A stretch of DNA of 25,626 nucleotides from a virus (lineage: Duplodnaviria; Caudoviricetes). The notes below the pieces were generated by a model that saw only the letters and a program-made list of their open reading frames with translations, did not search any database and was not told the origin of the DNA. Of this stretch, positions 17,722 through 23,674 are shown piece after piece. Position numbers and translations under genes: made by a program. The stretch is taken from positions 1-25,626 of IMG/VR virus record IMGVR_UViG_3300011403_000032; one strand, written 5' to 3'. Every line of letters starts with the position of its first letter. Position 1 is the first letter of the stretch.

Positions 17722-19428
17722 TTAGCCGCCGAACGGGAGGCCGCCCCCGGCGGCGTCGCGCAGCGTGTTGTCCTCGGTCGCCTTGGCGAGCGCCTCGGCC
17801 CGGACCTTCAGCACGTCGATCGTCTTCTGCTTCTGCCCGTCGGCCATCAGCGTCTCGTCGTCCGGCGACACGTAGCCGGTCACGACGAGGAACCGGACCG
17901 TCATCTCGGCCTTCGCGACCGCCGGGATCGCCAGCTCCTTCATCACGCTCTGCGCGTCCTGCAGCGCCGCCAGGTCGACGGCCGCCGCGACCTCCTTCTC
18001 GTTGACCTCGATCCCGTCCCACTGCGCGATCGTCAGGGCCGCCGCGATCCGCGCCGTCCGGCCGACCGGGACGATCCCCTGATCACCGAAGTATCGCTTG
18101 CGGAGACGCTCGACGACCTCGTTCACGTCCACGGGGATGAAGTCGTCAGACCGCGCGACCTCGGCGGTCCCCCACTTCGCGGAGTCGCGCGGGAAGAACG
18201 TCTGCTCCAGCAGATACAGCGTGGCGTTCTCCGCGTCCTCGAGCGCCGACTTCATCAGGGTGAGGAACGCGAACACGCCGCCGGCGAGGCGGGCCTTCAC
18301 CTCGGTCGCGGTCACGCGCTCGCGGGCGACGTCCTCGAAGTTCTTGAACCCGGTCCGATAGAACTCCAGGACCTTCCGCTCGAGGATCGCGTTCGCCGTC
18401 GCCGCCGGTCCGCCGTCGGGCGCGATGAACGCGTGCGCGTTCGTCCCGGGGAGGTTCTGCAGCGCGCGGGCGCCCTTCTTCAGCGCCTCGACGACCGCCT
18501 TATAGGTCTTGTCGTTCCCGATGATGTTCAGGATCGGGAAGTTGCAAAAGCGCACGAGGTTATCGCGCGCCGACTCCTGGTTAAAGATCGCGCACGCCTT
18601 CCGCGCGAGCAGATACCCGACGTGCCGGCGGAGCGGGAGCGAGACCGGGACGAGCGGGATCGTCGGGACCCCCGACCGCGTCTGGTACTTCCACGTTCCC
18701 TTATCGCCGGGCCGCGCGAGCGCGACCGCGTTGCCCTTCTTATCCTTCGTGTAACGCTGCCAGCCGGCGACGGTCAGGTGGAGCCAGACGCACTGGGCGT
18801 TCGACGCGTCCTGCAGCGAGCCGCGCGGATCGTCGACCTCCTCGATCAGCGCCTCCTTCAGGACCCCGCCGACGTGCAACCAGTCCTTCACGGTCTCGGC
18901 CGGGAGGATCCGGACGCGCGGGTGGTCGGGCTTCGTGCCGCCGTCGACGAAGAGCCACGCCGCGTGGATCGCCGTGAGCTCGATCGCCAGGAGCTTCCAC
19001 AGCGTCTTCCACGCGTCGCCGGCCTCGTTCGCGTCGCGCCAGAGGACGCCGGCCGGGGACGTCGGCTTCTTGACCGGGTCGCCGAGCGAGCCCCACGTCC
19101 GGTTCGCGTCCTCCTCGGACCCGAAGATCATCCCGGCGAGCTCGTCGACCAGCGTGCCGAAGTGGGGCGTGTAGTCCGCGAGCGCGAGCCGCTCGTCGAA
19201 GTTTTCGATCGTCTCGCCGAGCGCCTTCCGCACCAGGTAGTATTGGATCTTCTCGGGATCGACCGCCTCGCCCGTGTAGTGGTCGCGGGCGTACACCCAC
19301 TTACGGGCGTTCTTTCGGTAGTCACGGTGCTGGTAGTCGAGCCACGACTTCGACGCGTCGGCGCGACCGATCCCGGTCACGCGGTCGAGGTATGACTCCA
19401 TGGCGGTGTAGCCGGAGAGCAGGGGCAT
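17722..19428 (-). CDS. Portal protein
   Basis: 568 aa after TerL with a GAAGGA RBS. W...RDHYTGE...YL...ET.E.F.ERL.LA.Y, IPLVPV and TATEV motifs fit a portal. Confidence 0.88.
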   Translation of the reverse strand: MPLLSGYTAMESYLDRVTGIGRADASKSWLDYQHRDYRKNARKWVYARDHYTGEAVDPEKIQYYLVRKALGETIENFDERLALADYTPHFGTLVDELAGMIFGSEEDANRTWGSLGDPVKKPTSPAGVLWRDANEAGDAWKTLWKLLAIELTAIHAAWLFVDGGTKPDHPRVRILPAETVKDWLHVGGVLKEALIEEVDDPRGSLQDASNAQCVWLHLTVAGWQRYTKDKKGNAVALARPGDKGTWKYQTRSGVPTIPLVPVSLPLRRHVGYLLARKACAIFNQESARDNLVRFCNFPILNIIGNDKTYKAVVEALKKGARALQNLPGTNAHAFIAPDGGPAATANAILERKVLEFYRTGFKNFEDVARERVTATEVKARLAGGVFAFLTLMKSALEDAENATLYLLEQTFFPRDSAKWGTAEVARSDDFIPVDVNEVVERLRKRYFGDQGIVPVGRTARIAAALTIAQWDGIEVNEKEVAAAVDLAALQDAQSVMKELAIPAVAKAEMTVRFLVVTGYVSPDDETLMADGQKQKTIDVLKVRAEALAKATEDNTLRDAAGGGLPFGG

Positions 19429-19444
19429 CGCGTTCCTTCGATGT

Positions 19445-19546
19445 TCACGGGATAACGCCGATGAGCCACAGGGTCGCGAGCGTCACCGCCGCGGCACAGA
19501 GGGCCAATTTGAGAGGGGGGACGCGGTCGCCGGACCCGGGTGGCAT
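19445..19546 (-). CDS. Putative 33-aa membrane peptide (not in ORF track)
   Basis: MPPGSGDRVPPLKLALCAAAVTLATLWLIGVIP*. TGATG coupling with the upstream ORF; ends just before the portal RBS. Confidence 0.45.
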   Translation of the reverse strand: MPPGSGDRVPPLKLALCAAAVTLATLWLIGVIP

Positions 19547-19701
19547 CACAGACGCTCTTCATATTTGCAGCGGGGGCAGACCCCGACGACGTACCACCCG
19601 CCGGTCGCGGCGCTGTAGCGGAGCGCCAGCTCCTGCAGGGCCACGATCCAGGCGACGCAGCAGCGTGGACAGCGCGATGGGACGCGGACCCGATCGGTCA
19701 C
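19546..19701 (-). CDS. Small zinc-ribbon protein (51 aa; not in ORF track)
   Basis: GAGGG then GTG: MTDRVRVPSRCPRCCVAWIVALQELALRYSAATGGWYVVGVCPRCKYEERL*, containing two CPRC motifs. Confidence 0.65.
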   Translation of the reverse strand: MTDRVRVPSRCPRCCVAWIVALQELALRYSAATGGWYVVGVCPRCKYEERL

Positions 19702-19741
19702 AGCGCCCTCGCATGTTGGGGGGATCGCCTACGAGGAGTCT

Positions 19742-19771
19742 AACCTAACGACGGGGCGGCCGGACGGGCCA
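19742..19771 (-). promoter_or_regulatory. Candidate promoter for the zinc-ribbon/portal operon
   Basis: Minus strand TGGCCC-N18-TAGGTT, with the same upstream hexamer and spacing as 12926-12955. Confidence 0.4.
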
Positions 19772-19927
19772 GTGCGTAGCCCCGTGATCGAGCGGATTAA
19801 TCCGTTTGGCGTACGCCGCGCGCCACTGGACGTACGTCGATCAGTCGATGGTTTCGGGCCGGCGCGCCGGCGATCGTTTTGCTCAGCGGTCGATCGCGGC
19901 CGCCAACTTTAGAAAGGAGAAAGATCT

Positions 19928-20092
19928 ATGCCGCTATCCCAGAAGCTGCAGCCCCTTCGCGGGGCCCGCATGAACCTGTGGCGGGTATCACAGCTCGCGC
20001 GCCGGCGCGGCGGGAAGAACGCCCGATCGACGGTGAAGACGCTCCTGCTGGACGTCGACCGGAAGGTCCGCGCGACGCTGAAGAACCTGTAA
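19928..20092 (+). CDS. Small basic protein on the opposite strand (54 aa; not in ORF track)
   Basis: Strong RBS AGAAAGGAGA then MPLSQKLQPLRGARMNLWRVSQLARRRGGKNARSTVKTLLLDVDRKVRATLKNL*, followed by a terminator-like hairpin. Confidence 0.7.
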   Translation: MPLSQKLQPLRGARMNLWRVSQLARRRGGKNARSTVKTLLLDVDRKVRATLKNL

Positions 20093-20111
20093 GGTTCCTT
20101 CTCAAGGAATG

Positions 20112-20143
20112 GCGGCGGGGTCGATCCGATCCCGCCGCTTCTT
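20112..20143 (+). terminator. Intrinsic terminator-like hairpin between convergent genes
   Basis: GCGGCGGG...CCCGCCGC followed by TTCTT. A second small hairpin TTCCTT-CTC-AAGGAA lies just upstream at 20095-20109. Confidence 0.6.
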
Positions 20144-20149
20144 CGTGCC

Positions 20150-20419
20150 CTATCCCTTGTGGACGATCACGTGGGCCCGCTCGCACGCGACGCCGGCGCC
20201 GCAGTCGTCGCACGGGACGAGCCCGCGCCCGCCGCACTTCCAGCAGTCGGGATCGCAGGGCGCGACCTCGTCGATCCGACCGAAGTGCTGCGTGGCCAGC
20301 GGGTCATCGCCCGCGCAGACGGGGCAGACAACGAGGTTCTCGGGCTCGCACCAGCACGCCGACGGCGCGGCGTCGAGGACGTGCTCGCGCTGCGGGACGA
20401 TCCGGTGGTGATCGTTCAC
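20150..20419 (-). CDS. Cys/His-rich zinc-binding protein (89 aa)
   Basis: GTG overlaps the TerL stop (GTGA). Sequence contains H...H...CWCEP, CPVCAG, CWKCGGRG, CDDCG and VIVH. It is the C-terminal part of track ORF 20150..21064. Confidence 0.72.
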   Translation of the reverse strand: MNDHHRIVPQREHVLDAAPSACWCEPENLVVCPVCAGDDPLATQHFGRIDEVAPCDPDCWKCGGRGLVPCDDCGAGVACERAHVIVHKG

Positions 20420-21927
20420 ATCGAGATGACCTGGCCGCCGATCCCGGCGAACCCGTCGCCGGCCGACATCGCCAGGCCCATGGCCACGGCGTCCGCGCGG
20501 TCCGGTGACCGCCCGAGGTCGCGCCGCAGCTCGTCCTTCCCGAGGATCTGCGTCTGCCCGCGCAGGTTCACGAACCACGTCGTGGCGAGCAGCTCCTCGC
20601 GGAGGAACTCGTCGGGCGGCAGCATCAGCGTTCCGTCGGTCGCGGTCTGCTTCACGATCCAGTAGGCCTTCGCCCGCCGGTTCGCGTATTGCTTGCGCTC
20701 CTCGTCGCTGAGAACGTCGCGCTCCTGCGCCAGGAACCGCTCGAGCGGCCAGCCACCGATCGGCAGGCCGTCGTCCTTCAGGTCGACGTCCTCGAGCTCT
20801 GACGCGACGCCCCACCCGACGCCGTTGGCGTCCACCACCAAGAGGAGGTCGGACGCCGGCGTGAAGCCCTCGGCCCGCAGCGTCCGGTTCACCTGGCGCG
20901 TGTACCCGAGCGACGTGTCGGAGTACTCGAGCAGCGACACGCGCTCCACGACCGAGCCGCGCGTGTCCGCGCGGGCGGCCGAGTCGTCGCCGCCACCGGC
21001 CGGGTCGATCGCGACGACGAGCGTGCGCGTGTCCTCGGCGCCGGCCTTCCGCCGGGCCTCCCACCGCGCGACGGCCGCGTCATATTGCTCGGGCGTCACG
21101 ACCGCGTTCGCCCCGACGGCCGGGAACTCCCCGTTCACGCGCGCGACGTATTGCGGCGACGACTCCCCGTACTCGCGCTTGATTCGCTCCACGTCGGTCC
21201 GCGTGACGCCGCCCTTGATGACCACGGTGCCGGTCGCGACGTTCGGGTGGTCGAACGCGGAGATGCGGAGCCACTTCCACTGCGACCCCGCGCGGTGCTG
21301 CGCGTAGAACCGCCCGGTCGGGGCGAGCGGGTTCCCGACCACGAGCACCTTCTGCGGCGCCCACGACATCACGGCCTCATACGCGAAGTCCTCGACACCC
21401 TGGCCCTCGGTCACGATCGCCAGGACGTCGCCGTGGAACCCCGACATCTGCGAGGCGCCGGACGACACGAACCCGAGGATGCGCCGGCCGTCGAGGCCGC
21501 GCAGCGTCGTCGAGAACAGCTTCCCGGGGAGGTCCGACTGCATGAAGGCCCGCCGGATCTCGCGGCCGAACACGATCTCGCGGACCTGCCGGTCGGTCGG
21601 TCCCGTGATCAGGACATCGGACCCGGGCCGCGTCGCGTACCACCACAGGGCGAGGCACGCGGCGGCCGTGTCCTTCCCGAGCGCGTTGGCCCCGCGGACC
21701 GAGACGAGGTCGTGGTCGCGGACCGCGTGCACGATGTCGATCTGGCCCGTCCCGTCGGTGCGGGCGGACGCCCAGAGGTTCACATGCAGGACGTCGCGCG
21801 TGAACCCGATCGGGTCGTCGCGATACTCGGCGTAGTCCCGGCCCTGCTTCCCCTTCGGCGCGTCGCGCTGCTCGAGCAGCGGCCCGAGGTCCTCGTCGGC
21901 CCGCGCCAGGCGCTCCATGTAGGTCAT
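20416..21927 (-). CDS. terL: Terminase large subunit (503 aa)
   Basis: Walker A RGANALGKD, ITGPT.RQV, GFH, Walker B-like IVTEG, GNP..PTGRFY, nuclease motifs AIDPAGGGDD, VDANGVG and SPDRADA. Start re-called at 21927 (ATGA overlap). Confidence 0.95.
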   Translation of the reverse strand: MTYMERLARADEDLGPLLEQRDAPKGKQGRDYAEYRDDPIGFTRDVLHVNLWASARTDGTGQIDIVHAVRDHDLVSVRGANALGKDTAAACLALWWYATRPGSDVLITGPTDRQVREIVFGREIRRAFMQSDLPGKLFSTTLRGLDGRRILGFVSSGASQMSGFHGDVLAIVTEGQGVEDFAYEAVMSWAPQKVLVVGNPLAPTGRFYAQHRAGSQWKWLRISAFDHPNVATGTVVIKGGVTRTDVERIKREYGESSPQYVARVNGEFPAVGANAVVTPEQYDAAVARWEARRKAGAEDTRTLVVAIDPAGGGDDSAARADTRGSVVERVSLLEYSDTSLGYTRQVNRTLRAEGFTPASDLLLVVDANGVGWGVASELEDVDLKDDGLPIGGWPLERFLAQERDVLSDEERKQYANRRAKAYWIVKQTATDGTLMLPPDEFLREELLATTWFVNLRGQTQILGKDELRRDLGRSPDRADAVAMGLAMSAGDGFAGIGGQVISM

Positions 21928-22793
21928 AGGTCGACGATCGCCTCGAGGACGGCCGTGAGCCACGAGCCGCCGGCCGCGCGGCGGAACAGACGGGCGGTCG
22001 GGTACCACGGGGTCGTGGCGGCCGTCCCCCACCGCCAATCGGCCCGGTCGTTGAGGACGACCCGCAGGTCGGCGCCGAGCGCGCCGGCGAGGTGCGCGAC
22101 CCCGGTGTCGACCGACACGACCGCCTCGCACGACCGGATCAGGCGGGCCGTCACCGACCACGCGGTCCCGGCGGGCAGGTCGAGGTCGACGACGTTGTAG
22201 CCCCGGGCCAGGAGGCCGGCGGTGAGCCGCTCGCGGAACGCCGGCGGGAGGTCCCGGTCGACGCCGCCGGGCGTCAGTTGGCCCGACGTCGCGCGCACGC
22301 CGATCCGGGGCCGCTCGCGGACCCAGGGGCGCCACGCCGGTCGCGGAGCGCGCACATACGGGACACCGGCGCAGCCGGGCACGCCATACCGGGCGGGGAG
22401 CGAGAGGGCGCGGACCCAGGCCACCGTGGCGTCGATCGGGACCGGCCGGTCATAGACGCGCCACATCCCGGGGACGGTCCGCAGCAGCGAGGCCAGCGCC
22501 GGCGGCGCCTGCCACAGGACGCGCGCCCCCTCGGCCGCGAGGTCGGCGGCGTATCGGGCGGCCATGAACGTGTCGCCGGCGCCGCCCTCCTGCAGCACGA
22601 GGACGTAGCCCGGCGCCGGGAACCCGCGCTTCAGCTCGGGGATCGTCGGGAAGCCCCGGGGGATCGCGTGCGGCACGTAGCGGGAGAGGTTCGCCCGCGC
22701 GGCCTCCCAGGCCGGCCAGCCCCGGTCGTAGGCGCCGGCGCGGAGGAGGTCCTCGGCGAACGTGAGGGCCTCGAGCTGTTGGTTGCCGCTCAC
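21924..22793 (-). CDS. Glycosyltransferase family 9-like protein (289 aa), essentially lacking the usual TPR array
   Basis: LVLQEGGAGDTFMAARY, SLPARYG...VPYV, VVSVDTGVAHLAGALG and ADWRWG...TPWYPTARLFRR. GTG at 22793 overlaps the TerS stop. Confidence 0.85.
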   Translation of the reverse strand: MSGNQQLEALTFAEDLLRAGAYDRGWPAWEAARANLSRYVPHAIPRGFPTIPELKRGFPAPGYVLVLQEGGAGDTFMAARYAADLAAEGARVLWQAPPALASLLRTVPGMWRVYDRPVPIDATVAWVRALSLPARYGVPGCAGVPYVRAPRPAWRPWVRERPRIGVRATSGQLTPGGVDRDLPPAFRERLTAGLLARGYNVVDLDLPAGTAWSVTARLIRSCEAVVSVDTGVAHLAGALGADLRVVLNDRADWRWGTAATTPWYPTARLFRRAAGGSWLTAVLEAIVDL

Positions 22794-23125
22794 CGGTCGC
22801 GCTCCGAGTTCTGCATCTCCTTCAGCAGCTTCTTCTTGAGCTGCTCGACCTTCCACGCCGTCAGGTCCTTCGCGGCCAGGACGCCCTTCAGGACGTTGAG
22901 CGCGGCTGCCGCCTCCCGGCCGACCCGGGGGTCGATCCGCCCGGACACGATGGCGCCGACGAGCCAGGCGGCGTACTCCGTCGCCTGCTCGAGGTCCTGC
23001 GGCTTCCCGGCGAACGGCTGCTCGGCGTCCGGCACGAGCGCGACCTTCGGTCGGTTCCGGACGCCCTTCGGCCGGCCGCGACCGCGCGGCGGATCGGCGG
23101 CAGGTGCTGCGATCGGTTGGGTCAT
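22790..23125 (-). CDS. Putative terminase small subunit (111 aa)
   Basis: N-terminal RGRGRPKGVRNRPK AT-hook-like motif followed by helices. First gene of the packaging operon. Start re-called at 23125. Confidence 0.62.
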   Translation of the reverse strand: MTQPIAAPAADPPRGRGRPKGVRNRPKVALVPDAEQPFAGKPQDLEQATEYAAWLVGAIVSGRIDPRVGREAAAALNVLKGVLAAKDLTAWKVEQLKKKLLKEMQNSERDR

Positions 23126-23130
23126 AGGTC

Positions 23131-23141
23131 GCGAATATAAC
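23131..23141 (-). promoter_or_regulatory. Candidate -10 element of the packaging operon, possibly giving a leaderless transcript
   Basis: GTTATATTCGC is identical to 12923-12933. TATATT lies 8 nt before the ATG and there is no SD sequence. Confidence 0.55.
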
Positions 23142-23326
23142 CTCGTGCGCGGCGGACCGCGGTTCACATTCTTCGGGGCGAAATATTCTTGGTGTAACTC
23201 ATGACAATGAAACCGGCCGGCGGCCCTGGCTTTACCCCCTCCTGGGGGTGGGCCACGCCCCGATCGTCGTCGACGTCAATGCCCGTGCACACGCACATCA
23301 CTCACACGTGCGTATCCCCAACGCGT

Positions 23327-23354
23327 ACTTAACATAACGTGTATTATCGGAACG
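23327..23354 (-). other. dif-like XerC/XerD recombination site (28 bp)
   Basis: Minus strand CGTTCCGATAA-TACACG-TTATGTTAAGT: 11-6-11 layout, XerD arm matches E. coli TTATGTTAAAT at 10/11, inner ATAA/TTAT symmetry. It is an AT-rich island in non-coding DNA. Confidence 0.85.
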
Positions 23355-23397
23355 TGGTCGGCGGATCGTCGTCAGCGTGTGCACCTACGCGCGACGC

Positions 23398-23665
23398 GGT
23401 CCACGGCTACCTCGCGCACGGGACCGAGAGCACGTCCAGCGGGCCGGTCCTTCAGGGTGGTCCGCTTTCTTCGCGGGATCGACGTAGTCAGGTGCACGGG
23501 GCAGCGTCACCGGTCCGGTCGGGAGTACTACGTACTCCCAGACCACCGGACCAGGTAGGCGGACGACTGCCGGACTGCTGGACTGGACCCGGTCTGGACC
23601 ACCAGTCCAGCTATGCGTTACCCAGGGGACGTCGGATCGGGTAGCTGGACTGGTCGCACCGGACC
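23398..23665. repeat. Candidate replication origin: central palindrome, polarised GGAC/GTCC repeats and a 13-bp inverted repeat
   Basis: GGGAGTAC-TAC-GTACTCCC (23521-23539); ACCAGTCCAGCTA (23601-23613) and TAGCTGGACTGGT (23642-23654); about 9 GGAC to the right and about 5 GTCC to the left of the palindrome. Confidence 0.6.
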
Positions 23666-23674
23666 ACCACGTGG

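Noticed and set aside
17173-19395. 740-aa plus-strand ORF and the many other long plus-strand ORFs (for example 260..1387, 5182..6267, 6268..7638, 21085..22200)
   Set aside because: Arg/Pro-rich antisense shadows of high-GC3 minus-strand genes, with no recognisable motifs.
21928-22335. N-terminal extension of TerL in the ORF track (639 aa)
   Set aside because: It overlaps the GT9-like gene and is low-complexity. The ATGA-coupled start at 21927 is far more plausible.
23339-23674. ORFs 23339..23644 (+) and 23385..24071 (-) across the control region
   Set aside because: Atypical codon use, no RBS or motifs, and better explained as non-coding repeats. A short ORF cannot be wholly excluded.
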